DNA of 64,000 nucleotides from Candidatus Bathyarchaeota archaeon (GTDB lineage: Archaea; Thermoproteota; Bathyarchaeia; 40CM-2-53-6), in NCBI GenBank assembly GCA_963733055.1, contig CAVTBR010000001.1, positions 32,001-96,000 of the forward strand, given 5' to 3'. The notes beneath the pieces are model-generated. The model was not told where the DNA came from and ran no database searches. It saw only the letters and a list, made by a program, of their open reading frames with translations. Shown in pieces: positions 1 through 9,952 of the stretch. Each line of letters opens with the position of its first letter. The first letter of the stretch is position 1. The position numbers and the translations under genes were made by a program.

Positions 1-123
1 CAAGGATTTCACCCAAACCTTATTCATCTTAGGTTAAGGATTTGCCCTTCAAATCCCGGGCACGTCCCGGTGCGCATTGATTAGAATGCGGATAGGTCGC
101 TGACGAATAGGATGGGCTGCCGC

Positions 124-375
124 CTAGGCGCCCTCTTTGACCTCAACGATCTCATCCGCAACGAGCCCGTGCGCCTCTCGATGAACCGCTATAGCGGCTT
201 CCTTACTTGGAGCATCGACCATGCAGAATGCTTTGCCCGACGACTCATCGAACCAATATTTGAGATACTTCACTCCGTATTTTCCCTGAACTGCAAGATC
301 CTTCGCATGCGCGGCCATAATCGCTTCAGCCGTAAGCCCACTAATCTTGTAGTGTATGTCCATGTAGAGTGGCAT
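124..375 (-). CDS. DUF4242/SCO4226-like small protein
   Basis: MPLYMDIH start, AHAKDL, 'YWFDESSGKAFC', 'AVHREAHGL' match the family pattern. Confidence 0.8.
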   Translation of the reverse strand: MPLYMDIHYKISGLTAEAIMAAHAKDLAVQGKYGVKYLKYWFDESSGKAFCMVDAPSKEAAIAVHREAHGLVADEIVEVKEGA

Positions 376-489
376 TTTTTAGTGTCCTCAGCCACATTGT
401 GGCGATGCCTGTAGATTTATGTTTTGGCACGCTCAAAGTTTCACTAGATTTTCTCCAAATTGATGAAGAAAGCAGAGGGTTTGAACTAA

Positions 490-1224
490 ATGCACGTTGC
501 TCTCATCCAAGAGTTGCTCAAGGAACCATTGCCCCCTGGGTCAACGCTCCTAGTCGAGTATGATCCAACATCAACCTGGTACCAAGCATCCCTCTGCATG
601 GCGGCGGAATGGTTGAGAACAGGCGGAGTTGTTAGCTACCATGTTTCCGCACAGCCGCCTCAGAACGTCCGTTCACAGCTCGCACAAATGGGCTTGGATG
701 TTGAGAAGCTCGAAGCGGAGGAAAAGCTGAGAGTGTTTGATTGGTACACAGCCACCCTGGGCCGTAAGTCAAATGAAAAATACGCCTTCTACTCTTTGAA
801 GGCAGCAGATCTGAGCGTACTCTTCTCAAAGTACCTGATGGCAAGCCCGGGGGGCGATTTTTCGGTGGACGCGATACCTCCTCAACCCTCACCTGACTGG
901 TTGAGGATCTTGGATGATATTTCATGTCTTGCGAGGTTCAATGAAGAGAAAAGCTGGGTCGAGTTCGTACGAACAAGAATAATTCCAATTGGATCTCTCT
1001 GGAAGTCTACTGGAATAGGAGGAATTATTCGAGGAATTCATAGCGAATGGGCCTACAAGAGCCTTGAAGCCGCTAGCGATGGTGTGATCGATTTCAAGCT
1101 AGACGAAACGGGCGATGAGGCCAAAAATCTTATTCGGATCAAAAGTATGCGACCTGTCGGTTTCGACTCAAAGTGGCATCCGCTAATGACAAGAGATAAC
1201 TTTGAGGTTGCATTTCAAAGCTAA
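490..1224 (+). CDS. RAD55/KaiC-like RecA-fold protein with degenerate Walker A
   Basis: 'PPGSTLLVEYDP' at the P-loop position; C-terminal 'SDGVIDFK...IRIKSMR' typical of archaeal RAD55 family. Confidence 0.7.
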   Translation: MHVALIQELLKEPLPPGSTLLVEYDPTSTWYQASLCMAAEWLRTGGVVSYHVSAQPPQNVRSQLAQMGLDVEKLEAEEKLRVFDWYTATLGRKSNEKYAFYSLKAADLSVLFSKYLMASPGGDFSVDAIPPQPSPDWLRILDDISCLARFNEEKSWVEFVRTRIIPIGSLWKSTGIGGIIRGIHSEWAYKSLEAASDGVIDFKLDETGDEAKNLIRIKSMRPVGFDSKWHPLMTRDNFEVAFQS

Positions 1225-1260
1225 GGAGCCATAAGGGGAACAGAAGGGAGGAATCAGTAA

Positions 1261-2637
1261 ATGGACGCAAAGGTAATCGCGGATCTGAGGACCCAAATCA
1301 GGGGTGACGTGATCCCGCCGGGCGATGAGAGGTATGATGGTGCACGCAAAGTCTACAATGCAATGATCGACAAACGACCAGCCATTATCATCCGCTGTGT
1401 CGATGTCGCTGATGTAATCGCCGCCGTAAAGATGGCCAAGACACAGGGCCTCGCTGTCGCAGTTCGCGGTGGAGGGCACAGTGTGCCGGGTTTCGGCACA
1501 GCAGACGATGCCCTTGTCGTGGACCTTAGTCGGATGAAGGGCATTCGCGTGGACCCCGCCTCGAAGACTGCGTGGGCACAGGGTGGATGTACATGGGGAG
1601 ATTTCAACCACGCAACTTACGCGTTTGGCTTGGCCACTACGGGCGGTATTATATCGACTACGGGAATCGCGGGGCTCACGCTTGGTGGAGGCATCGGCTA
1701 TCTGACCCGGGGCGCCGGTTTATCCTTGGATAATCTGGTTTCAGCAGACATTGTTCTGGCGGATGGTTCATTCGTGACTGCGAGTGAGAAATATCATCCG
1801 GACCTCTTTTGGGCGTTGCGGGGTGGTGGAGGGAACTTCGGTGTCGTGACAAGTTTCCAGTACAAATTGCAGCCGATCAAAGACATTGTGGGAGGAGCAA
1901 TGCTCTTCGAGGTCGCGGATGCCCCAAAGGTGATGAGAGCATACGATAAGTACATCACCACTGCTCCTCGGGAACTCGGAGCATTCTTCGCGTGGCAAAT
2001 CGCACCCCCACTTCCCTTCATTCCCGAGAACCGTCATGGTGACACCTTCTGCGCGATCGTGGGGTGCTGGACGGGTCCGCCCGATCAAGCAGCCAAAGCC
2101 TTTGCACCGTTCCGCGACGCAGCCCCCGTTGTAGCGGAGTTCGTTGGACCCATGCCTTACCCCGCTATGAACAGCCTATTTGACGGCCTAGTACCCCCCG
2201 GCCTCCAACACTACTGGAAAGCGGTCTACGTGCGAAACCTCACTGATGGAGCGATCGACGCACACATGAAATTCGGCCCCAAGGTCCCAGTAGTGAACTC
2301 GACCGTGCACATTTACCCCATCAACGGCGCCGTACACGACGTCGCACCTGACGCCACAGCGTTCGGACACCGCGACGCAAAGTATGCCACTGTCATTGCA
2401 GGCATGTGGCCCGACCCGAAAACGAACGATACAAACATCCGCTGGGTCAAAGACTTCTACGCGGCCCTGGCGCCCCACTCCGAACGGGGAGGATACATCA
2501 ACTTCGCAGCTGCCGATGAAGCCGATCGAGTAGGAGCCAACTTCGGAATGAACTTCGATCGACTCCGCGAACTAAAGAAGAAGTACGACCCAGGCAATGT
2601 CTTCCGGATCAACCAAAATGTCGTCCCATCGTCATAA
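1261..2637 (+). CDS. FAD-binding oxidoreductase (berberine bridge/6-HDNO family)
   Basis: RGGGHS covalent-FAD motif, ALRGGGGNFGVVT, KKKYDPGNVF BBE tail. Confidence 0.93.
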   Translation: MDAKVIADLRTQIRGDVIPPGDERYDGARKVYNAMIDKRPAIIIRCVDVADVIAAVKMAKTQGLAVAVRGGGHSVPGFGTADDALVVDLSRMKGIRVDPASKTAWAQGGCTWGDFNHATYAFGLATTGGIISTTGIAGLTLGGGIGYLTRGAGLSLDNLVSADIVLADGSFVTASEKYHPDLFWALRGGGGNFGVVTSFQYKLQPIKDIVGGAMLFEVADAPKVMRAYDKYITTAPRELGAFFAWQIAPPLPFIPENRHGDTFCAIVGCWTGPPDQAAKAFAPFRDAAPVVAEFVGPMPYPAMNSLFDGLVPPGLQHYWKAVYVRNLTDGAIDAHMKFGPKVPVVNSTVHIYPINGAVHDVAPDATAFGHRDAKYATVIAGMWPDPKTNDTNIRWVKDFYAALAPHSERGGYINFAAADEADRVGANFGMNFDRLRELKKKYDPGNVFRINQNVVPSS

Positions 2638-2917
2638 CTATCGCTTGGTATCAAGCATGTCTGTGACGCGTTCTGTAGTTTGCTGGCGCGCGATTGAATA
2701 AGTCTCTCAGGACAACCCTTGAAATCTGCCAACCGAAAGTTTGAATCAAGCATTCCGTAATTTGCTACCGATCGATGGCGCAGCATTCGCCAAATGGCGA
2801 TGTAAGGAAAATTAGGGTCAATCGGTACTACTTCCGAACCACACTAGGAGACAGCTCGAAATCCATTAAGTTCAGTATCGTAGATTCGTCAAACGCTTTC
2901 TGAGGCATGGTCTGACA

Positions 2918-4345
2918 ATGAAGTACCAGTGGGTCGTCCTTTCAGTGACCTCCGTCGGCATCTTCATGGCCGGCCTCGACACACGAATAGTCTTGATAGG
3001 ACTCCCCACGATCGCAGAGTCACTTCACTCCGACCTCGAGACGCTCCTGTGGATAACTCAGGGCTATCAAATTGCCATAACCATCGGCCTCTTGTTTCTC
3101 GGAAGATTTACCGACATTTTCGGGAGAGTCAAGGTCTACATCGTAGGATTCGCGATCTTCACGCTCGGTTCAGGCCTCTCGTTTATCTCCCAAACAGGTG
3201 AACAGCTAATACTGTTCAGGGTAATTCAAGGATTTGGCGCTGCGGTCCTCATACTTAACAGCGCAGCGCTCATCACGGATGCGACTCCCCCATCGGAACT
3301 TGGGTTCGCTCTAGGAGTTAACCAGATCGCGTTTACAGTCGGAGCGGTTTTGGGGTTAACAGTCGGAGGTATACTTATTGACACGACCGGGTGGAGGGTG
3401 ATATTCGTCTTGAATGTGCCCATAGGTATCTTCGCTACACTTTGGGCGCGGCACCGGCTTCATGAAACCTCGAAGAGAGAGCCGCATTCAGGGTTTGATT
3501 ATCGAGGACTCGGCCTGTTTACAGCTTCCCTCACCCTGCTCCTCCTAGTGATCAGCCTTGACACTATGGACGCAATCGACAGACTCACAGCGGGAGTACT
3601 CTATGTGCTTAGTCTCGTTATGTTCGTACTATTCTATCAGGTTGAGCGACGTACGCCTGAACCGCTTCTTGATTTGCGCCTTTTCAAGTCACGCCTTTTC
3701 TCTGCGGGCAATCTCAGCCAACTCTTGTACTCGTTAGGGTTTGGCGCTCTAAGCCTGATAATGATACTCTATTTCCAGTTGATCCGTGGGTATAATGCCC
3801 TTACTGCTGGAATCCTCTTCCTGCCACTCGACGTAGCCTTCGTCTCGATTGGGCCGATAAGTGGAAGGCTGTCCGATCGGTATGGGACACGTTTCTTTGC
3901 TACGCTTGGAATGGGGATCGGAGCGGTAGCCTATCTGGCTTCCGCATTCTTGTTAACCGCGACGACACCACTTTGGATTGCTGAACTTCTTCTCGTCGTA
4001 ATCGGGCTTGGAATAGGCTTGTTCTCCTCACCAAACATTAGCTCGGTTATGGGCTCTGTCCCTCCCCAACGACGCGGAGTAGCATCTGGGATCAGAGCGA
4101 CGGTTTTCAACACCGGCAACGTGGTGAGCATTGGACTAGTAGCGTACATTATCACAACCGCCATCCCATATCAAGTCGTTTCCGAAATAATCACAGGCGG
4201 CTACACTGCACTAACAGCCACGGAATCCGCAGGTTTCGTCACAGGTATGAGTAGGGCTTTCATCGTGGCCGCAATCATTACCTTCGCAGGCATGTTTGCT
4301 TCAAGTCTACGCGGATCTGAGGGGAAGAATAAAACCAGCCATTAA
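2918..4345 (+). CDS. MFS transporter, DHA2 (14-TM) drug:H+ antiporter type
   Basis: Hydrophobic helices, GRFTDIFGR and GRLSDRYG motif A, EPLLDLRLF. Confidence 0.9.
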   Translation: MKYQWVVLSVTSVGIFMAGLDTRIVLIGLPTIAESLHSDLETLLWITQGYQIAITIGLLFLGRFTDIFGRVKVYIVGFAIFTLGSGLSFISQTGEQLILFRVIQGFGAAVLILNSAALITDATPPSELGFALGVNQIAFTVGAVLGLTVGGILIDTTGWRVIFVLNVPIGIFATLWARHRLHETSKREPHSGFDYRGLGLFTASLTLLLLVISLDTMDAIDRLTAGVLYVLSLVMFVLFYQVERRTPEPLLDLRLFKSRLFSAGNLSQLLYSLGFGALSLIMILYFQLIRGYNALTAGILFLPLDVAFVSIGPISGRLSDRYGTRFFATLGMGIGAVAYLASAFLLTATTPLWIAELLLVVIGLGIGLFSSPNISSVMGSVPPQRRGVASGIRATVFNTGNVVSIGLVAYIITTAIPYQVVSEIITGGYTALTATESAGFVTGMSRAFIVAAIITFAGMFASSLRGSEGKNKTSH

Positions 4346-5604
4346 GGGCGCGTCGAACGCTTTCGAGTTACTGCCACAAAGAACGCCAAAGCGACCGCCC
4401 CCGCGGCAGACGTCACAACAGTATACTGAAACGCAATAGATGAACCCACAGCTGTCCAAAGAAATCCGAAAACCGAATTCGCGACGAAAGAACTCGCGCC
4501 CACCATCATGTAATAGAAGGCGTAAGCAGTTCCCTTTAATTCGTTCTTCGTGAAATCGGGAACTATCGCTCGCTGAACTGTATCCGATATTCCAAGATAG
4601 ATTCCGAATACGCCGGCGATTACGAAACCGTACGACCAATTTCCCACCAAGATAATCCCGACTACAGATGTTACAAGGAAGACGAGATAGCTCAGAAGGA
4701 GAACTGGAATCTTGCCAATCTTGTCCGCGAGGAGGCCTGAAGGGTAGGCGGCTACGACTGACACTGCGTTAATGGTCACATATACGAGTGGTATCTGGCC
4801 GTCCGGGATACCAAGCGATGAGGCCCGAAGAAGTATGAAGGAAAAACTGTAGGCCCCTACCGAGAATATGCCCAGCGCGGCCAGAAGGTAGATGAAACGT
4901 CGGTTCAATACTGCGGAGGCGTTTTCGAAGAAGTGCCTCTGTTTGGTTAAGCCAACGGTTTCTGTTACGAAAAACACGAGGATTACGAGTGAGATTATTG
5001 CTGGAACAAAAGACAGCCAGAATATGCCTCTGAAGCCGATTAGGGGGAACGCGAAGAAGGCAAGTAACGGGCCGAGCACGGCCCCAACTTGATCTAATGA
5101 ACCCTGAAGGCCAAAGGCTTTTCCAGCCTGCGACTTAGCAACCGAATCACTAATTAAAGCATCTCGAGGGGAACTTCGTGCTCCTTTTCCCGCCCGATCG
5201 ATCACTCTGACAATGAAAGCTTGCCCCCAGGAGGTCGTCAAGGCGAATAGCGGTTTCGCGAAAGTAGAGAGCGCATACCCTAACAGCACTAAAGGTTTGC
5301 GTCGTGCGATCCTATCCGTAATTACACCCGTCAGGATTCGGAATGAGTCGTTCACAGCTTCTGCGCTTCCTTCTATGAGGCCGACCAGGGCATACGATGC
5401 TCCAAGTTGGTCGTGAATGAATACGGGAAGAAGGCTCAGAATCATCTCAGTTGAAAGGTCGGTGAAGAGACTTACGTAGCCGAGTCTCACAACGTTCTGG
5501 AATCCCGCTAACTTCTCCTGCTTAGATCCGATACCACGCTTCCTTCCTGTGCCTGCCATATCCGATGACCCTCGCAGAAGATCTTTGTTAGCGTGACTAC
5601 CCAT
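4342..5604 (-). CDS. MFS transporter (12-TM)
   Basis: 'SLFTDLSTEM', 'DRAGKGARSSPRDALI', GLLADKIG; true start may be slightly downstream. Confidence 0.88.
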   Translation of the reverse strand: MGSHANKDLLRGSSDMAGTGRKRGIGSKQEKLAGFQNVVRLGYVSLFTDLSTEMILSLLPVFIHDQLGASYALVGLIEGSAEAVNDSFRILTGVITDRIARRKPLVLLGYALSTFAKPLFALTTSWGQAFIVRVIDRAGKGARSSPRDALISDSVAKSQAGKAFGLQGSLDQVGAVLGPLLAFFAFPLIGFRGIFWLSFVPAIISLVILVFFVTETVGLTKQRHFFENASAVLNRRFIYLLAALGIFSVGAYSFSFILLRASSLGIPDGQIPLVYVTINAVSVVAAYPSGLLADKIGKIPVLLLSYLVFLVTSVVGIILVGNWSYGFVIAGVFGIYLGISDTVQRAIVPDFTKNELKGTAYAFYYMMVGASSFVANSVFGFLWTAVGSSIAFQYTVVTSAAGAVALAFFVAVTRKRSTRP

Positions 5605-5736
5605 TGAATCTTCGACCCGAGACTTCTAGCTATTTACGGTTAGCGAACAGTCACTATTGACGTAGAAACAACCGTGAAGCCGCTTCGTGTAGTCAAACTC
5701 AAGTGAGCAAGGTTTAAAATAAATCATAACCACGCG

Positions 5737-6222
5737 TTGAACAGACCCAAGTTGTTCGTACATATCAAAGTAAAAGTGGCGCCAAGCTACAGAGTCGCTT
5801 ACTTAGTTCACACCGGTCCGTACACGGGTCAGAACATGTGGAGAGCGGAGTTTAGTCAACTTGTAAAATGGGCAAAGAAAAGAAAGCTTCGCACGGGCAA
5901 GTGGATCATGTATTTCATCGATGAATGGGGAAAACGCCCCGAACGGAAACGCCGTTCAGTAGCCTGCCTTGAGATCAAAGGAAAAGCAAAACCTGAGGGC
6001 AAAATCAAGCTCATGACTTTGCCACGACAGCGCGTGGCCAGCGTTACATTCGACCCAGACAAGTTCTCGGACGACCTTGTTTACCATGGCATTGAAGGCT
6101 GGCTCCAATACCACCCTTACAGACAGGCTGCTCGAAGTAGAGAGGTCTACGTTGACGGCCCGTGGACAAGCCGTCGTGCGTGGGCAAACACCGAAGTACA
6201 AGTTCCCCTAAAGAAGAAGTAG
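5737..6222 (+). CDS. GyrI-like small-molecule-binding domain protein
   Basis: 'VAYLVHTGPY', 'SREVY', 'TEVQVPL' typical of the GyrI-like fold. Confidence 0.7.
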   Translation: MNRPKLFVHIKVKVAPSYRVAYLVHTGPYTGQNMWRAEFSQLVKWAKKRKLRTGKWIMYFIDEWGKRPERKRRSVACLEIKGKAKPEGKIKLMTLPRQRVASVTFDPDKFSDDLVYHGIEGWLQYHPYRQAARSREVYVDGPWTSRRAWANTEVQVPLKKK

Positions 6223-6274
6223 GAATGACGCGGCCGAAATCCCGTGCCCCAACACTTCTGGGACAGCGGCAAGT

Positions 6275-6631
6275 TTGAAGAAACGCGCGAGGCTCGACAT
6301 CTACCGTGACATACTGGAAGTACTGAAACGTCAACCCGAAGGCGTCCTCATCACTAGACTATCATACGGTGCCGGTCTACCAATCGACCGAGTCAAACCA
6401 ATGCTCGATGGCTTGGCACACTGTGAGCTGGTTGTCGTTCGTGTTAGAGGTGACCCCTTGCAAGCCAGCCTCGTCCAACGTCGATTCTACTACATAACAA
6501 GGAAGGGCCTAGAATTCTTGGAGGCTTATCGCAAAATCCAGGATCTGCTGACCTATTTGGGAACCGAAACAGGGGCCGTCAGGAAAACTCGACCATCCGC
6601 ACCAATTGACTTTGTAGGCATTACAGAATAA
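6275..6631 (+). CDS. winged-helix transcriptional regulator
   Basis: 'RARLDIYRDIL...TRLSYGAGL...YYITRKGLEFL' archaeal wHTH pattern. Confidence 0.8.
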   Translation: MKKRARLDIYRDILEVLKRQPEGVLITRLSYGAGLPIDRVKPMLDGLAHCELVVVRVRGDPLQASLVQRRFYYITRKGLEFLEAYRKIQDLLTYLGTETGAVRKTRPSAPIDFVGITE

Positions 6632-6635
6632 ACAT

Positions 6636-7082
6636 GTGACTCCCTTTCGTCTGTCAGCTTATATCGAACTCAGACGACCTGATGGGATGATGAATGTGCG
6701 ATCAAAATTCATCTATACCGGAATTCACGTTTCTAACCTAGAAACGTCAATCACGTTCTACAGAAGAGCGTTGGGAATGAAACTGCTCTTTAAGACGTCG
6801 ATAAAGGAAACTGGTGGACGCGTCGCATGGTTAACCACTAAGGGAACCAAGCAAGTCTTAGAGCTAAACTGGTATCCAAAGAGATACCGGCATGGGGGAA
6901 GATCGGGACTGGACCATTTAGCCTTCGAAGTCAAAGACGCCCGATCCGCATACCGTACCTTAACCAAGAAACGGAAAGGGGCTATGAGCCCATTCGAAGA
7001 AGGCAAGTGGTGCTTGGCTTACATCAGGGACCCGGATGGAAACTGGGTAGAGTTAGGATCACGCCTCAGAAAGAAGAGGTGA
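6636..7082 (+). CDS. VOC family protein (lactoylglutathione lyase-like)
   Basis: 'LELNWY', 'DHLAFEV', 'DPDGNWVEL'; start probably the downstream ATG. Confidence 0.85.
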   Translation: MTPFRLSAYIELRRPDGMMNVRSKFIYTGIHVSNLETSITFYRRALGMKLLFKTSIKETGGRVAWLTTKGTKQVLELNWYPKRYRHGGRSGLDHLAFEVKDARSAYRTLTKKRKGAMSPFEEGKWCLAYIRDPDGNWVELGSRLRKKR

Positions 7083-7090
7083 ATGCTTGT

Positions 7091-7267
7091 CTAGGCGGTT
7101 GTTTGGGTCGCCAAGACATCGAACTCGTCAACTCGTTCGATCTCTGGCTCAGCAAACGGTTCTTCTGGTTCAATGCGTCTTTCGGGGGCAAGCTTTGGAG
7201 TGGACTTTCGGATCTTCCGTCTCGTCTTCTTAGTTTTCCTGACTTTTCCGGCTCTTTTCTTTGGCAA
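7091..7267 (-). CDS. small protein with basic N-terminus and acidic C-terminus (58 aa)
   Basis: Translated by hand: MPKKRAGKVRKTKKTRRKIRK...EPEEPFAEPEIERVDEFD...; TTG start; not in ORF track. Confidence 0.5.
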   Translation of the reverse strand: MPKKRAGKVRKTKKTRRKIRKSTPKLAPERRIEPEEPFAEPEIERVDEFDVLATQTTA

Positions 7268-7331
7268 CTACTCAGCCTCAGGGAATTTCCGGAGGCTGCG
7301 CAGTTAAGGGTGATTCCACTTAGTAGAATCT

Positions 7332-7724
7332 CTAGGACAGGTTCACGGTTATCCAGTAGTCCCCGCCATTGCTTTGGACGGGCATTGTGGACGTACCGGA
7401 TATGGGCCAGTATGCCGGACTGGTCACATAGTAGTAGGTTAGAGGTCCGCTCGCATACCCCGAGGCGCTTGCTGTCAACGCGATCGTGGGAGATTCCGTT
7501 CGAACGGGGATTATGAGCATGCTTCCGTCATAGCTCGTTCCTTGGCCAACGACGCGGCCCGATTGGTCGCTGACTGTGACATGGAGGTTGTAGAGAAAAT
7601 GAAATGGGTAGAAGAAGCTCACATAAACAGTGTACCCAGTGGTGACTCCCTGCCCAGCAACTCCACCCAAGCAAACGCCGATGAGGAGAAGGGATAAGGT
7701 GATCATATAGATGGAACTTCTCAT
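7332..7724 (-). CDS. secreted hypothetical protein (Ig/beta-rich)
   Basis: N-terminal hydrophobic signal peptide followed by beta-strand-like sequence. Confidence 0.6.
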   Translation of the reverse strand: MRSSIYMITLSLLLIGVCLGGVAGQGVTTGYTVYVSFFYPFHFLYNLHVTVSDQSGRVVGQGTSYDGSMLIIPVRTESPTIALTASASGYASGPLTYYYVTSPAYWPISGTSTMPVQSNGGDYWITVNLS

Positions 7725-7916
7725 TAGTCACATCTCCGAAATTTATCTACGCACTCGCGTAATATAGCCTCAATCCAACCAATTCCACATAGTCTCATGC
7801 CTAAAAGATATCGACCGTAAACGCCACACTTCCAGCCGGTAGATCTTGAGCGAAACATCACCGTATCGCGGAAAGAACATTGATATACCGGTAATCCTTC
7901 CACAGCCGCGGAAGCA

Positions 7917-8957
7917 ATGAAAGCAACTCTCACACAACAGCAACTCTTCGCAACGCTATTCGTAACAATCGCAATCCTCGCCCTGACTCCCGCACTGGCG
8001 CATGCAGACCTACAATCGCAACCCCAAACTATCGCCCTCAATACTAGTGGTCAGGCCACGGCAATCGGTAACGGCCTCTCAGGGGCAAGCACCCTCAAGC
8101 TGACTGCTTACGCCAACACGACAGCTAATCACTGGCTCATGATACAAAACGTCACGGGATCCCTCCAAATTGGCTCCACGACCATCCCCATAACCGGCGG
8201 TCAGGGAAGCGTGAAGAACGCGGGAGCGACCGCGATATTCGCTGACACAAACTCCGGCAAAGGTCAACTAATCCTCATTGGGACAATGACCAACAGCACT
8301 GTTACCTTCAACTCACCAGAAAGCCAACTCGCCTCGATGTCATATCTCTCACTTTCCGGTACGGTCAATAAGACCACCGGCAACCTAGGCGCGAATCCTG
8401 GGAATACCAATACGAACTCCACATCGCTGACAACGGGTCTACTAAATAGTACTCTACAAACCAATTCATCAACAACATCATCAGCGGCCCAGCTTCAAAA
8501 CACCACAAGCATACAGCCTGCAAACATGACATCTACAACGAACGCCGCTGTAACTTCGTCCATGACGCTGACTACAATTCCGGTAAACGCGACTCAAACG
8601 GCTAATTCCACATCTGTGTCATCAATCGTTCGGCTTCAGAACACGACAAACGTACAAACTGGAAACATGACATTGACGTCAACGACTGTTGCTAATGTAA
8701 CTTTATCCAACACTCTCAACAATTCTACCAACTTTACTGCCACGGGTTCTACCAATATTCCGCCCAGTGCCGTACGAGCCCCTTCGAACGTCACCATAAC
8801 CGTGACGCAGTACGTTAGCCAGACAGTGTCTGTGACTCAAACGGTTGCTAATGTAACGGTCAGCTATACTGTAACCTCTACGGTAGCCAACATTACTATA
8901 ACCCAAGGGAATGTCACGACGACAACTGGAAACGTAACAACGACGGCCACAACTTAG
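7917..8957 (+). CDS. secreted Thr/Asn/Ser-rich surface (glyco)protein
   Basis: Signal peptide ending ALAHA; many N-x-S/T sequons; long Thr-rich region. Confidence 0.75.
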   Translation: MKATLTQQQLFATLFVTIAILALTPALAHADLQSQPQTIALNTSGQATAIGNGLSGASTLKLTAYANTTANHWLMIQNVTGSLQIGSTTIPITGGQGSVKNAGATAIFADTNSGKGQLILIGTMTNSTVTFNSPESQLASMSYLSLSGTVNKTTGNLGANPGNTNTNSTSLTTGLLNSTLQTNSSTTSSAAQLQNTTSIQPANMTSTTNAAVTSSMTLTTIPVNATQTANSTSVSSIVRLQNTTNVQTGNMTLTSTTVANVTLSNTLNNSTNFTATGSTNIPPSAVRAPSNVTITVTQYVSQTVSVTQTVANVTVSYTVTSTVANITITQGNVTTTTGNVTTTATT

Positions 8958-9052
8958 ACAGGGCCTTATGGCCCTTCCACATCTTTTTCGGCAACAACGG
9001 CCTTACTCTGTGAGCCTAGGGCTCTCTGAGCGACGCGTATTCCATACTTTGT

Positions 9053-9520
9053 ATGGACATCGCTCCGGAAATTTGTGGGGCTTTCCATACTCGTAACCAC
9101 CTTTGCGATGACTACAAAATCAATAAATGGTACGGACCCTTCAAGGGCCTCATGGAAGCTGCGTTTCTAGTTCAACCGTGGATTCATACTCGCACGACGA
9201 TGGACTGTTGCAGGCTTTGCTACCAAGCAAGGGAAGGCTCAGGTTTTCTGGAGTGCAAACGTGCTCATTTGGGCGGCTTCAACTCCCTCTTGGCCATGCT
9301 CAGGATGGAGCCTAGACCTGAGTTCGGTGCAGCGATGAAGCATCTGGAGGACGCGAAAGAGACCTGCCTCGCATCTGCGAACCCGGATATGCGTTGCCAT
9401 GAGAAAATGCAGAACGCTCTACAGAGTACTCAGCTTCTTTTCGATCAGATGATTGACGATTACAAGCTCAAGTATTCAATGATGATTACGAACAAACCGT
9501 CGAAAGCGCCCCCGATGTAG
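9053..9520 (+). CDS. Cys/His-rich hypothetical protein
   Basis: 155-aa ORF filling the gap between genes; no family recognised. Confidence 0.55.
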   Translation: MDIAPEICGAFHTRNHLCDDYKINKWYGPFKGLMEAAFLVQPWIHTRTTMDCCRLCYQAREGSGFLECKRAHLGGFNSLLAMLRMEPRPEFGAAMKHLEDAKETCLASANPDMRCHEKMQNALQSTQLLFDQMIDDYKLKYSMMITNKPSKAPPM

Positions 9521-9670
9521 GCCGAGACTTCGGATTTTGTTAAGTCGGTAAATTTCTCTACTCGAGGACTTGTTGCCGGTAGCATTGTAGGTAACAGCTT
9601 ATCGAGCAAATGCCTCGACAACGAGGTTATTGCGCAATGCGTCCATGAAAATTGGGATGGAAGATTGGGG

Positions 9671-9835
9671 TTACTTTGCTCCGAGTTCGCGTTTCTTCGC
9701 ACGCAAGTTGTGGCCGTGGCACTTTCTGCACCTGTTCGACGCTTCTGGGTTACGCGCGCCACAGTCTCTGCAAACCTTGTAGTGTAACCTGACTTTCTGT
9801 GCGAGTTGCTTCTTTACGACATCAGTGATGGGCAT
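9671..9835 (-). CDS. rpl40e: 50S ribosomal protein L40e
   Basis: Translated by hand: MPITDVVKKQLAQKVRLHYKVCRDCGARNPEASNRCRKCHGHNLRAKKRELGAK; below ORF-track cutoff. Confidence 0.93.
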   Translation of the reverse strand: MPITDVVKKQLAQKVRLHYKVCRDCGARNPEASNRCRKCHGHNLRAKKRELGAK

Positions 9836-9952
9836 TGGTGAACCACTTAGATTAATTCGTCCTCTGAGACGGAAAAGTGCAATATATACCGTGTGTTGCC
9901 AAGGTCACGAGACAATACTTCGATTCCAGTCAGTCGAGAAGAGTTGAGGTGT

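Noticed and set aside
8400-8957. Thr-rich DNA repeats as an array
   Set aside because: Explained by low-complexity coding sequence of a secreted protein.
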